Source of the DNA: Camelus ferus
Lineage: Eukaryota
Assembly (NCBI RefSeq): GCF_009834535.1
Contig: NC_045697.1
Coordinates: forward strand, 108,936,001 to 109,000,000
Length of the DNA: 64,000 bases
Direction of reading: 5' to 3'
How positions within the stretch are numbered: the stretch's first letter is position 1; each line of letters opens with the position of its first letter. A program made the position numbers and the translations under genes. The notes under the pieces are model-generated. The model worked only from the letters and a program-made list of their open reading frames with translations, searched no databases and had not been told where the DNA came from. This document shows, one piece after another, positions 51,530 to 64,000 of this stretch.

Positions 51530-53945
51530 GTTTTTTAAAAAAAAATGACATTGATATACACACAAAATAATATATATAATGCATATGTAAGTTGAGCATA
51601 ATAATATATATAATGAGTATCTGTGACCCCACCACCCAACCCAAGAACTAGATCGTGACCAAAATTTGTTTCCATCTTTCTGTTCCTTCCCTAAACCATC
51701 CTCTTACTTCCCTCTTACCTTACATTTTATTTATTCGTTCTACTGTTAAAGGACATTCGCGTCGTTTCTGTGTTTGCTGTGAGTGTTCCTGATCATGCCT
51801 TATAGCGCATTGTGAGTTTCAACTTGATAAGATTAAGCCAAATTGTTTTCCAAATTGTTTTCCAGTATGAATGTAGCAATTTACATTCCCACCAGCAATG
51901 TATGCAAGTTCCCTTTGATTTGCATTCTCTGTAAATGAAGTGAGTTAAATGGTATTTTTGTTCTTTTATTTTCTTCATTATTTATGGTCACATGTGTTTC
52001 TTCTAGTGTAAAATGCCAATTTGAGCCTTAGCCCATACTTCTACTGGGTTAATTTGTTTTTTTCTTACTGATTTGTAGGAATTCTTTATATATTTTTATA
52101 CTAATCCTTTTTTTGGTTATTCATTACAGATATATTCTGCCATTTGTGGTTTATGATATTACCCTCTTTACAATGGTTTTTGACAAACCAAATCTCTTAA
52201 TTTCAATTAAATTATCAATCTTTTATTCTATTGTTAATACCTTTTGTGTCCTATTTAAGAAATCTTTTCCAATCCAACATTTTAAGATATTGGATATATA
52301 ATATTTTCTTTTAAAATTTTTAGGGGTTTTTGGGGGGTTGGAGGTTTTTTGGTTTTTGTTTTTGTTGTTTTGTTTTGTTTTGTTATTTGCTTTTCACAAT
52401 TCCAAATCTACCTGGAGCTGGTTTATTGTATTGCACTTGGCCCTTGACATCTGCGGGTTCCAAATCCACAGGTTCCACATCCACAGATTCAGCCAGCTGT
52501 ACATCAGAATTCTCTGTTGGTTGAACACGTGGATGTGGAACCTTTGGCTACAGAGGACCGACTGTACTGAGCCGTTTTATGTTAGGGACTTGAGCATCCT
52601 CAGGTTTTGGTATCTGCAGGGGTCCTGGAACCTGAACCAATTGTATGTGAATTAGGAATCCAGTTTTCCCCCCAGGTAGATAACCGGTTTCCCAGCACCA
52701 CTGTTCTCCCCCCACAGCTTTATTGAGGTATAATTTGATGAATAATAGCTGCACATATTTAAGGTGTACAATTTGACAAGTTTTGACACATGTAGATGCT
52801 TATGAAATCATCACCAAAACAAGATAGTATGTGTGTTCATCACCTCCCCAAATTTCCTCAAGCCCCTTTGTAACCCAAACCCTCATTTCCAGACAACCAC
52901 TGATTTGCTTTCTGTTACTATAGATTTGTTTGCATGTTCTAAATTTTATATAAATGGAACCAAATAGTTTATACTCCTTGTTTTCTGCTTACTTTCCCTG
53001 CACAAGTTTTGTGATTCATCCATGCTGTGTTTATCAGTTGTTCATTTGTTTTGTTGCTGAGTAGTGCTCCATTGTATGGAAATACCACAGTTTACCTGTT
53101 CACCTACTGATAGACATTTGGGTTGTAGGCTGTTAATACAAGTAAATTACTGTGAACATCTGTGTACAAGTCTTTGTGTGGACATACACTTTGATTCCAC
53201 TCCACTCACTACTCAGGTGTGGAATAGTGGGTTGTATGTATACCTACACATGGGAACAGTAGGTGCATGCTTAACTTTTTAAGAAACTGAAAAACTTTTC
53301 CAAGATGGTTGTACCATTTGACATCCCCACCAATAGTATATGAGAGGTCAGTCTGTTTCACATCCTCACCAATAAGGTATGGTGAATCTTTAATTTTAGC
53401 CATTCTGGTGAATGTGTCGTGGTGTCTCATGGTTTAAATTGGAATTTCCCTAATAACTAAAGATGTTGGTCATCTTTCCACATGCTTATTTGCCTACCGT
53501 CTGTACGTATGTGTATATATATCATATATATATATATAAAAAATACTTTTTTTATGAAATGCCTGTTCAGATTTTTTTCTCCATTTTTTTTGGTTGGGCT
53601 GTTTGTCGTCATCTTCTTATTTTGTAAGAATTTTTCATATATTCTGGCATCAGGTTCTTTGTCTGTTTTGCAAATCTTTTCTCCCAATATGTGGCTTGCC
53701 TATTCATTTTTATAACTGTGCTTTGAAGAGAAAAGTATTTTAATCTTGATGAAGTCCTATTTATTAACTTTTTTATAATGTATTCTTTGTGTGAATTATT
53801 TAAAAATTTTTGCCAAGCTCAAGATTGTTGAGACTTTCTCCTGTGTTTTCCTCTAGAAGGTTTATGGCTTTTAGCCATGTAAATGTAGATATTTAGGCCT
53901 GTGATACCTTTCAGGCTAAGTTCTGTATAAATTGTGAAGTATTAA
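51530..53945 (-). mobile_element. Nested old L1 fragments (at least two elements; the second begins ~52715)
   Basis: aatttacattcccaccagcaatgtatg, the minus-strand CIHCWWECKLL motif, and a 3' end cagctttattgaggtataatt...aaggtgtacaatttg. Confidence 0.85.
52432..52635. mobile_element. MER2/Tigger-type MITE inserted in L1
   Basis: atctgcgggttcc...atccacagattca...ggttgaa..gtggatgtggaacc...agggacttgagcatcc...ttttggtatctgcaggggtcctggaacc. Confidence 0.75.
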
Positions 53946-53959
53946 GGGTCATAACTTAA

Positions 53960-55012
53960 TCCTTGGGTGTCTTTTCTGTCTCCTCTCTTGATGAGCTCTT
54001 TCTAGTCCTGTGGCTTTGACTGTCAGCTGCATGTTGTTGTGTGTTGACCCCTAGTTTACATTTCCAGCCTAGACTGCCATACTGAATGATCCAATCTCAG
54101 AAATACTGTGACCTGTTCAGCACTTCCATGTGCGTGCCTGAAAGGCATCTCAGACTTCACTTGTCCAAAGCTGAGCTCCTGATACCCACCTTTCCCCTCT
54201 CACACTCTTTGCCACATCAGTATATGGCAGCTTCATTCTTTCAGTTGCTCGGGGCCAAAGTCTTGGCATCCTGTTTGTTCTCTTTCTCTCACATCTTGCA
54301 TCTTGATCCATCTGTCAGCACATCCCATACACAAGAATCCCACCTCTTCTCCCTGCTTCCTCTGTTAGCACCGGAGTCGGGCCACCATTGCCTCACCTGG
54401 TGGGTTGCTGCTGAGGTATCCTGACAGGTCTCCATCTTTCCCCCTCTTGCATGTTTATAGCTTAAGTTAGTTACTGTCAGTTTTCTGCTCAGGATCTTCT
54501 AGTACCTTCTCATCTTACTCAGCAAAGTAGCCAGAGTCTTTCTGATGACCTCTGAGTTCCTACACCGTCTAGTCCCCATTACCCATCTGACCACATCTCC
54601 CACCAGACCCTTACTCAGAGTGTTCCACGCACACTGCCCACTCAGGACCTTAGTGCTTGCTGTTTCCTGTCTGGGACGTTCCTCTTCTAAGTGTCTTAAA
54701 GTTCATTTCCTCACTTCCTTCAGGTCTTTATTCAGATGTCACCTTAATGAGACCTCGTCTAGCCTTCCTATTTACATTGCATCCGCTCTTCTGTGCAGAC
54801 ATCTCCTATTCCCCATTGCTGCTTTGTTTTTCTCTGTAACAAATGTCATCATCTGACATAATGTATAGTTTATTTATCTTGTTTCTCTTTATCCCCTCAG
54901 TAGAATATAAGGTTCTTGACAGCAGAGTTGTCTTTTTTGTTGATTGCTTGCATTCCAGCCCCTAGAGTAGTGCCTTACACCAGACCCAGGGTAATATTTA
55001 CTGAATGAATGC
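53960..55012 (+). mobile_element. L2 3' ~1 kb
   Basis: aggcatctcagacttcacttgtccaaagctgagctcctga...ctcacttccttcaggtct...tagaatataagg...atttactgaatgaatg. Confidence 0.85.
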
Positions 55013-55149
55013 AAGTAACATTTTAGGTGTTTTTTTTTTTTTCTCTGAATCTGCAGTGGGGTTGCCTGTGGTTCATCAGAATACTGAAAAATGCAGAGCT
55101 TCAGCGAAGTTGTGATATAGACAAGACTTTTATCTTTCATAACCTTTCC

Positions 55150-56390
55150 CTTTTTTAATAATGAAAAAATACATTAAGCACATTCAAAAGAATGTTTAAC
55201 ATACAGGCAAAATATAAAGAGTAACAACAACAAAAACCAGCAACCACGTTCCTACCACCCAGGTTAAGAAACAAAACTATCAATACTTCTGAAGCCTCCT
55301 CTGTGCTTTCCCTTACCTCATTTTCCCCCTTCTGCTCTGTCCATAACCCCTATTCTGAGTTTTACTTATTGTTTCTACTGGTTTTCTTTATAATTTCACC
55401 ACATATGACTGTATCATTCAGTTACATGTGTTTTTGAACTTTATATAAATGGGATCCTACTGCGGGTGTTTGTTTCCTCTTTTGCTCTGTCTGGTCTTCC
55501 TGAGGTTCTTCCATGATGACACATGTGACACATGGAGGTGCCATTCATTTATCTTCACTCCTATACCGCATCCCTATCACATGAAGAGACCACAGTTTAT
55601 TTATCGATTCTCCTGTAAATACAAATTTTGGTTAGTTTTTTTGTTTTCTTGATGCTAAAAGCAGTACTGCTGTGAACATAATTGTACATGTCTCATGGGA
55701 CACGTGCAAGCTTCTCTAGGGCACATTGTTATGAGCTAATTTGCTGTTCCATAGGATACATGCATCTTTCATTTTACTAGCTAATGTACAACAAAGATAG
55801 TTGTACAAATGTATGCACCAATCAGCAGTGTACAAGAGTTCTCATTGTTTTAAGTTTTCCTAATGTAGCGGGCATAAAATAGCATGCCACATCAGTTTTC
55901 ATTTGCATTTTCCTGTTTCCTGTTGAGGCTGGATGTCTTTTCAAATTTAATTGGTCACTCCTGTTTCCTGCTGTGTAAAATGCCCACCCATGTTATTTGC
56001 TCTTTTTTAATTAGGTAGTTGGTTTGCAGGAGTTCGTCACATTTTCTAAATACAGACTTTTAGTCAGAACGTGTAATGCAGATACCTTTATCCAGTTTGT
56101 AACTTGTCTTTTCACTATCCTTGTGTGAATAGAAATTCTAAGTTAAAAAAATATTTATTTACTTATTTATTTTTATTATTTGGGGGGGTAATTAGGTTTA
56201 TTTATTTATTTATGTTTAGAGGGAGTACTGGGGCATGAACCCAGCACCTCCTGCATGCTAAGCATGCACTCTACCATTGAGCTATGCCCTCCCCAGAAAT
56301 TCTATATTTTAAAGTAATTTAATTTGCCGATCTTTTCCTTATAGTTTATGATTTTTTTATTTTTAAGAAATTCTTTCATAGCTAGGGTCA
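55150..56390 (-). mobile_element. Old L1 (L1ME-like) fragment containing a SINE
   Basis: ctaccacccaggttaagaaaca, tttttgaactttatataaatggg, ctgctgtgaacat, cagcagtgtacaagagttc. Confidence 0.75.
56141..56294 (-). mobile_element. tRNA-Ala-derived SINE (camelid vic-1 type)
   Basis: Reverse complement reads ggggagggcatagctcaatggtagagtgcatgcttagcatgcaggaggtgctgggttcatgccccagtac...aaataaacctaattacccccc then a (TAAA)n tail. TSD agaaattcta at 56131-40 and 56295-304. Confidence 0.88.
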
Positions 56391-57189
56391 TCTGAAAACT
56401 TTTCCATCTTTCTGTCAAAACATACTGTCCTCAGAGCTCTCCTTTGACCAGTCCCTGACAGTGTGTACTCTGGAAGAGATCTGAAACTCAGTCACGCTGG
56501 CAGAGGTGTGACTGAGAACAGATCAAGTTCAGAAAATATTTTTATGTAAATAAGAATCAAGTGAGAGCTAGCCTGTAATGTTTTATTTTATTTTACTTAT
56601 TTTTTGCTAGCTATTACTTTAATTGACTCTAGTGTCTTACAAGAAAGAGATTTGGTCCTAAAATCAAACTCCACTCATGTAAGGAGAGCCCTGGTTAAAC
56701 CTTAATTAGCATAATCTGACCTTTCCTTAGTAGATGCTGATATAAAAAATCAGTTTATCATTTAAAAGCTTGTTTTAAAAGTGATTGCAATGCAAAACTT
56801 TCATGTCTAGACATAAAGAAGTCAATATGAATTAATGAAATTCTGTGTTAAGAATGTTTAAACAAATTTTTTTGTAATATTATTAACTTGAATGGTGCTA
56901 ACCAATGCATAATTTGGAAGAAATTAAGTGCTGTCTTAGTGCTTGAAAAATGTGTTCATTTTAGAAGCACAAAATCATGGGGTTGTAATGGGACCCTTAA
57001 AGGTTCTTCTGAGGTGATCTGTCAGGCAGAGGAATTCCTTCTGCAGCATCTCTGTCCTTGGATTCAAGACCATATCAAGGCAGGCAGTGTTGATAAACCA
57101 ACTGTGCCCATGCAATCTTGTCAGCAGAATTTATTTGCTTAGCACAAACCTTTTTTTCATTGTTCTAAGGTAAACTTCACATTAGTTTC

Positions 57190-58052
57190 TATCTTTGAAA
57201 AGGAAAAAACCCTGTTTCTTGTTTCACTCACAACACGTCTCACTTTGACATCAGATGTGTAGGGTTTTTTCCCACACAGACCAGTTCCCTGATTTTCCAG
57301 ACACTGGCTGGATGTTCTGCAGTTCGGTTCAATTCTGACACTGTGGGCCTCCCTCACCACCACCTTCAGACACCATTCGAAAGTCCAGGTTGCCACCTAA
57401 GCTTCCGACCAACTGCGAATAAACCGAAGTTTCCCACGACCCCCTCCTTGGGTTCAGTCATTTGCTGGAGCACTCATAGAGCTCTGGAAACAGCTTACTC
57501 ATTAGATTACAGGTTTATTACAAAAAATATTAAAGGATACAGATGAAGAGGTCATAGGGCAAGGTCAGAAGGGTTCTAAACGCAAAAGCTTCTGTCCCTG
57601 TGGGGTTTGGGGTGCACCACCCTCCTGGCTTGTGGATACGTTAACCAACCCAAAAGCTGCCCAAACCCCATACTTAAGGGATTTTTATGGAGGCTTCATT
57701 GTGTAGGCATGGTTGATTAAATGACTGTCCAGAGGTTGGGTCGTGAGGGTGAAAATTTCCACCTTCCAATCACAATTTAGTTCCCCTGGCAACCAGCCCC
57801 CAAGCTATGGTTATCTAGGGGCTTTCCAAATATCCCCTCACTAGCATAAAGTCAGATGTGGTAGAAGAGGACTTGCTGTGAATAACAAAAGACAATCCTT
57901 CCACCTTTATAGCTCTGGGACTATTTCAGGAACAGAACCAGAGACCCAATATTATAACAAAAGATACTACCTTGGCTCTTATCACTTAGGAAATTAACAA
58001 GGGTTTTGGGAGCTCTGTGCCTGGACCAAGTGTATATTTATTATAAATCACA
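57190..58052 (-). mobile_element. MER21-like LTR
   Basis: tgacatcagatgtgt...ttcaattctgacact...ttcccacgacccctccttgggttc...ggaggcttcatt...ttcccctggcaaccagcccc...cacttaggaaatt. Confidence 0.75.
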
Positions 58053-58370
58053 GTCTTACTTCTTCCAAGTTCCAAATCAGTGGGTTATAAATAAATGAGA
58101 GTTTATTTTACTGAGAAAAGTCAATGTCATCTGAAAGTTTAACAAATAGGTAAACTTAGATTCATTGAAATCTAATGAGTCCTTAGTCTGTATCAGTGTT
58201 CTAGGTAGTACCTCGTTCCATTTAACCCTGACAGCGGCACTGCAAATTCAGTTTGGTAATGTCATCCTTGATGCCAATGAAATTAGAAGTAGCCTGTGCC
58301 TGGTGTGGAGACAGAAAGAGAAGGGGGTAAGGGCACAGCCATTAAACGAATGACATAGCCATTGAGAGTA

Positions 58371-58831
58371 TGATGTAAACTGGTTAGAACCAACTCAGCC
58401 CAAGATGGCAGAAGATTCACTTCCAGCAGACCTTGAGCCTCATAGGCTCATTGTAGTACATTAGTTGCTAAGGACATGTCAGGTGCCATGACAGTTCCTA
58501 ACCATAAAAGGCCAAGAATGGGGTGGGGACAATTCCTGGAAATCCCTGCCCCTTCCCCAAAATAGTTGGAATAACCCTCCCACTTATTAGCATATGAAAT
58601 TACCCAGCGCATGAAAATCTAACCACACCCACACCCCAGGCCTTCTGAGACAGACCTGCTATCTGCCTATGGAATGTGTATCTCGCCAAATAAACCTGCT
58701 TTTACTGTACTGTGGCTCACTCTTGATTTCTTTCCTTTGCAAGCCAAGGACCCTCACTTGGTGGCCCATTCCAGGGACTCTCTGGAGACCTGGGACATGA
58801 CGGTCCTCTCATGCCCCGTTCTCCTGCAGCA
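58371..58831 (+). mobile_element. ERV1 solo LTR, MER41-like
   Basis: TG...CA ends with agtat overlapping both junctions. ccaagatggc, gccatgacagtt, ttagcatat, AATAAA (58689-94), gctcactcttga.ttctttcct...agccaaggaccc. Confidence 0.75.
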
Positions 58832-59279
58832 GTATCACAAAGAAAACTAGGAAGGGGTAACTAAGACTGGCATGCAGACCTCCTGATTCCAGTGTCTTTC
58901 TGGTAATTTCTATAAAGAAAGTACTAACAATCGGAATACTTTACTAATGCCCTAGATTAATAACAAATAACAGATTTGGGGAGGCTATGACCAGTATCAA
59001 ACTCTGTCTAATGCAACTCTTCCCAGAAAATTGGAGGTAAAAGTTCTCAAAGATACTATATTACATTTATTCCTAACCTGCAGTTAGGTCTTGGGGCTGG
59101 TTAGTAGCAGTTTTGCCTGGCTTGTGTGAGTCTCTGTTCCCTAGCTGCTTTCCATCTCAATTTCTCTCATGTATCTGAACCTTGTCCTCCCCACCTTGAT
59201 TTTCCTCCTTTTCACTGCTCACTGAACCCTCGTTCATTCCTAGGAAACTGCATTCTTGACCTTTTTCATAGATGTACCT

Positions 59280-59630
59280 CATCTTCTGCTGCATAACAAA
59301 ACACTGACAGCTTTAGGAGCCTGGAACAACAATGATTTATTTCCCACAAGTGCGTAGGTCAGGTAGGTGGGTTCTTCCAGTTTCACTTTGATGCTGGGCA
59401 CTGAGAGCAGCTGGAATGGCTGGGCCTCTGCCCCTGGAGACTTTAAGCCCAAAGGAGGCCAGATGGGGCTTCTTCACAAGATGGCAGCAGTAGTCCCCGA
59501 GGGCAGGCACTTGCTTATCAAGCCTCATTTTTTAATAGTACAGGCCAAGCTCGTTTTCATTGTGGAAGGCTCCCCTAAGGGTATGGATATGGAAAGGGGT
59601 AACTGGGGCCATTATTGTAACAGTCATTAT
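59280..59630. mobile_element. MLT1 (ERVL-MaLR) LTR fragment
   Basis: tgctgcataacaaa...aacaacaatgatttattt...gggcttcttcacaagatggcag. Confidence 0.55.
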
Positions 59631-60282
59631 AATAGAATACTGTGCTCACCTCCTGTTTGCCTTCTAGAAACCTGCTTGACCTGTGATTATCCTGTTTTAA
59701 TAATTGCCCCTGGGTGGAGGTTCACCATCCTTTGAAATACTCCCCTCATCTCAGAACTAGATGGCAGGGGAGTTAGAGTTCTCCCATCCCAGTGTTCTCC
59801 TTCATCCTTTCTTGAGAAAATTCTCTCCTCCCCTACCTACCCATTTATCACATTAATCATCATTTCTGCTGGCCTCTGCCTTACTTATCTTTGTATTCCT
59901 GTATCCCAGGTGCAGTGCCTAACACATCGGTTACATGTTTGTTGTCCTTGGACCTGGCACCAGAGGTTTTCATTTAGGAAGGTTGCAGGCCTTAAATGTC
60001 TGAGCAGATAAGTTCAAGATAATTCTTTTTAGTTTTTACAGACACTTTTTAGTTGTCGTCATTTCATGCTATCTGTTCCTCTTAAACTATATCCCTGCCA
60101 GAAACATTCTGATCTTTGTCAGAGAAAGAGGAAAGAATCCTTTTTATTTTTCAAACAACTAGGTGAATCTGGCAGCTCCAGATGCCCTAAATGTTAACCC
60201 AGCTTCTTCTCTAGGCTTGAGTTATTCATTCCCTGGGGTCAATACTTAGTTTCTGGCTTACCTCTCTCCTTCCTTTTCCATC

Positions 60283-60377
60283 CCCTAAGAATGTGAGCTC
60301 ATGAGGAGACACCTAGAACAGTGCCTGGCATGCAGAAGGTACTTCATGAATATCTACTGAATGAATAAATGAATGGA
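60283..60377 (+). mobile_element. L2 3' tail
   Basis: gaatgtgagctc...cctagaacagtgcctggcat...tgaatgaataaatgaatg. Confidence 0.7.
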
Positions 60378-61547
60378 ATTAAAAGTTATCTGAGATACTT
60401 TAAGTAAAAATCTGTTACTGGAAGTGTACATAGTGCAATCCATTTATGTTTTAAAATTTTGTATATAAACCTAGAAACTTTGTCAAAGGATACACGAGAA
60501 AATGTTAACAGTGATTCTCTCGGGTCAGAGGAGAATAAATGCATGAATCAGGAGATTTTACTTGCAATCTTGAGCATGTGCTGTTTTTATAATATTTTAA
60601 TTTTAAAAATAAAAGACTTTACAAATCAAGAATATCCAATATAAATATTAGTGTTATTTCCTTTATAGAGGTCGATGAACGGAGAAATGGCCAGAGAGAC
60701 TGCGTGTGTGTTTACAGTGAATACAGACTTCATACCCTGTATAAAATGTTATATCCTATTTTTTCACTTAGCATCATGTATCAGATGTCTTTACATCATT
60801 AAAAATTATTAAAGCTCAGTTTTAATGAATATTGCATTGGATGGCTATATAAGAGTTTATTTTATACTTTATTATTGAACATTTTGCAGTTACAAATAAC
60901 ACCGCAGGAAACATTTCAATATTCGTAAAATCTTTGTGATGCTTTGCTGATTTCTTTAAAAGAGTCATAGATACAGTGTTACTTGGTTAAAACATACTCT
61001 TGATATCATTCAAAGTAATAAGCAATTGAAAATAACTGAGGGGAATTTGAGTAAATTGGCTTTCTGGGCAACACTTGCCACCACTCCTTCAGTCTTTGCA
61101 GAGAACTGCAGTGCTTTAAAGTATCCCGCCTACTTAGTTTTACATAAAGTGTAGCCTGAATGATGTCCATACTTGCTGTATAGCATAGATCATGTAGTTA
61201 TTATTTAGATATAATTTCCCTCTCTTCAACATTTGATTTTGAATTCACTTCGTTTGAAGGGAGACCTAATGATATTCTTAATTAAGGTATGCTCAGTAAT
61301 GTCTGAAAAGGGTTAAGAGAGTACATATTTAGCTTCTTAAACTGATCTATTCCCTCAGAGAAGTTAAAAACTCAACAAAGACTCAGTGACTGCAAAGCAA
61401 TGTACAACTGGTGTGTGTGCAATACTTTGTCAGAACAGCTTTTCCTGAGGAGAGAGACGCTCTTTCATGAAGACATGTAATAAATCACCTTATCTTTCAT
61501 TGTCGTCGGTGTTAACGCTTGGTCTTGTAACTCTGCCCTGTTCACAG

Positions 61548-61703
61548 GTTAAAGTATTGCACAATCAGCTGGTCCTTTTCCACAATGCCATTGCCGCCTA
61601 CTTTGCTGGGAATCAGAAGCAGCTTGAACAGACACTTAAACAGTTCCATATCAAATTGAAAACCCCTGGAGTGGATGCCCCATCTTGGCTTGAAGAACAG
61701 TAA
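61548..61703 (+). CDS. ARFIP1: Arfaptin-1 terminal coding exon (156 nt to TAA)
   Basis: Acceptor ccctgttcacag|. Translates VKVLHNQLVLFHNAIAAYFAGNQKQLEQTLKQFHIKLKTPGVDAPSWLEEQ*, ending in the arfaptin-family PSWLEEQ tail. Confidence 0.97.
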   Translation, partial: VKVLHNQLVLFHNAIAAYFAGNQKQLEQTLKQFHIKLKTPGVDAPSWLEEQ

Positions 61704-63415
61704 AATCACACCTGGGGGAACAAAGAAAGTCAGATTGTTATATTTCCAGATAAACCTAGTAAGAATTAAGCAGAAGCGGGGGAAGAGGAAAAGGGTGACA
61801 ACCATTGTAGTGATTCTTGCACAAACAGCTTTAATTTTTCCCTTTTCATACTTTAACAATTGAACTGTTAAATTTGATGGGAATGTGGGTAGTTTTAATG
61901 TAAACATAATTTCTATAATCTGAACACAGTAATTTTCATTTTTGAGAAATCTTTTTGTATTGTGAGGGTTGATGGCTATTTCTGTAGTTTGAAAACACCT
62001 AATATAGATTTGCACTGACAAGACAAAAATTCAAGGTTTTTGGTCCTGCAACCGAGGACCTGTTGTAACTTTTCCAAAGGGAGGTTTACACGATTTGTAT
62101 CAACATCAGATATTTTATATATGAATATATTAAACATCTTTAAGAGATTCATTTTCATGTATTATCTTAAAGAAAAAAGAAACTATTTTGCAGAGTAAAA
62201 TTATATGGTGTTCCTGCAACATCCGCACAGAGGCGGCAGCTCTAATGAATGACTGACTGGCTTGTGGAGTTGTGGCAAATACCTTTTTAAAAGTGAATCT
62301 GTACCATTGTAATTTTGCTGAGACTTTTCCTTAAAGACGCAGGAATCACACTGTCATTTCTGAGGCTCCTGAGCTTATGAATTTGCGTCACCCAGAGTCA
62401 TGGAATGGTTATGTTAGCAATTTCTTTTGATTCATAATGAAACGTGCTTAAAGAATTTTTTTTTGACAGGTAGACTTGAGAATAGAAATTCCTGATGGTT
62501 TCTAGAGTAGAAATCTGTGCTTAGAAAGCTAGTTTTTTGGGTAAATTCCATTTTGACAGAAGTGAATTCCTAGATAGCTTTCATTGACTTCCATATGTAA
62601 CAATACCGGTTAAGCCTTAAATCACAGATATGTGCCTTCTCAGATGCAGTAATTCTCATTCAACCAGTGTACATAAGTCCATAAAGAAAGCCCCTTTCAG
62701 ATAATGTTCGATGCGTCTGTTCCTTCTTTGGAAAGGAGCACTGTGCATAAGTGTTGAGTTTCTTTGTATTTGTTAAACCACATTGAAGGTTTATGGAGAA
62801 ATCAACTTTTGAATTTGCTGTTTGATTTTTCTTCATTCCTTTTGCGGAGTGAGGACTCCTGTTCGTCTGAGTAAAGGAAAGGTGACGTGGGTCCGTGTGG
62901 TGGTAGCAAGAAGGAAGGGGCTGGGGAAGCCAATACTGTTTCAGTTGCTCAGCACCATTGGTTTTGTGTTCTGTGGTTGGCCTGTCTGCTGTGAGGTTTT
63001 ATCACTAATGTAATCCTTTTAAAATATAAGTTCTCTTGATTTTTGTCATAGACATAAATTAATATTTTGAGAGGTATCGCTTCTCCTGTTCATTTCTTTT
63101 GTGTTGAAATGAAGTACTTAAAATTACTGTTAATACATGAACTTTGTGGACTGTAAGATTTGTTATATATGTTCAAATGCCATTTAGCTGGCTTTTTAAT
63201 TAATATGCCTGTTTTCAGTGCTTAATACAATGTATGTGACTGTAAATCATAAAGCTATTTTAAATCATTCCCTCCTGTATATTTGTACTCTGAGAGAGCC
63301 TTATTTTATTCTTCCAGCAGAATTACTACTTGTGATAGTTCATTTACATTCCCCAGAATGTGCCTCTGGTGTGAATTTTGTATTCTTATTAAAAGTGTTT
63401 GCTGCAGTACCTCCT
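61704..63415 (+). other. ARFIP1: ARFIP1 3' UTR (end approximate)
   Basis: AT-rich sequence after the stop with no repeats that I recognise, running to an ATTAAA signal preceded by several TGTA motifs. Confidence 0.7.
63388..63393 (+). terminator. Candidate polyadenylation signal ATTAAA
   Basis: ATTAAA with clustered upstream UGUA (CFIm-type) motifs at ~63230-63385 and pyrimidine-rich sequence downstream. Confidence 0.6.
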
Positions 63416-64000
63416 TTCCCTGGCTCTTCATGATTTAAAGTAAGAAGTAACTAGTTGGAAAAACATGTGATTTGTCATTAAAAACAATGACAAAAAATGG
63501 TGCACTGAGAACACTGAGACTGTTACTGAAGCTTATCCCATAGAGTGAAACTAGAAGTTTCCTTAGAGACTTTTTTTTAGTCTCTGAGTTTAAGGCCCTT
63601 TTTTTTTTTTTTATACAGATGAAGACACAAAGGACCAAAAACCTATTAAACTGTCTTAGTCAACCCCCGTCTCCAAATGTAATGCCAAATAGGAATTTGC
63701 AACTAAATGTATGAATTCCCCTTTAAATCCTGCCATTTCAACTGCATGATTAAATCAATGTGTCAAGAGTATCATTTCTTCTCTAAAGCACTATGTCTAA
63801 ATGCCTTCTCAATTGAAAAACACAGTCCACCCCCAAATAGAGTCATATTAGATATATTTCAAAGTATATACAATCCACTGATCTTAATGTGTTCTGAAAA
63901 AGAAATCATGTAAACCCAAAAAGGACTATATAAAGTAAAATTATGCATATTGAAAAGCTAAAGATAAATCTTTTAATCATGGGATTGTTAATTTGAAGAA

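Noticed and set aside
56220..56294. Possible tRNA-Ala gene (also ~11645-11720)
   Set aside because: Stem and B-box substitutions, A-rich tails and TSDs show these are SINE retrocopies.

Overview
Mammalian genomic DNA, most likely camelid (two copies of a tRNA-Ala-derived vic-1-type SINE). The window holds most of ARFIP1 (arfaptin-1) on the + strand: seven coding exons (10078-10186, 15755-15850, 17423-17535, 21871-22092, 29014-29171, 36241-36415, 61548-61703). They splice with canonical GT/AG ends into one open frame of 342 aa plus stop. The ATG exon (about 31 N-terminal residues, from recall of the human protein) lies upstream of the window, and a ~1.7 kb 3' UTR follows the stop. The introns are mostly interspersed repeats: L1, L2, MIR, MER5/MER3/MER33, Tigger-type elements, ERVL/ERV1 LTRs and a piggyBac fossil. 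I see no convincing new biological system. The best observations are a probable L1 3' transduction bounded by a perfect 17-bp target-site duplication, a piggyBac (Looper-like) transposase fossil split by an MLT2 LTR, an ERV-L dUTPase remnant, a MER41-like LTR with an intact STAT GAS motif, and several candidate alternative or recursive splice sites. Repeat family names come from recognition by eye, not a database search, and repeat boundaries are approximate unless a TSD is given.
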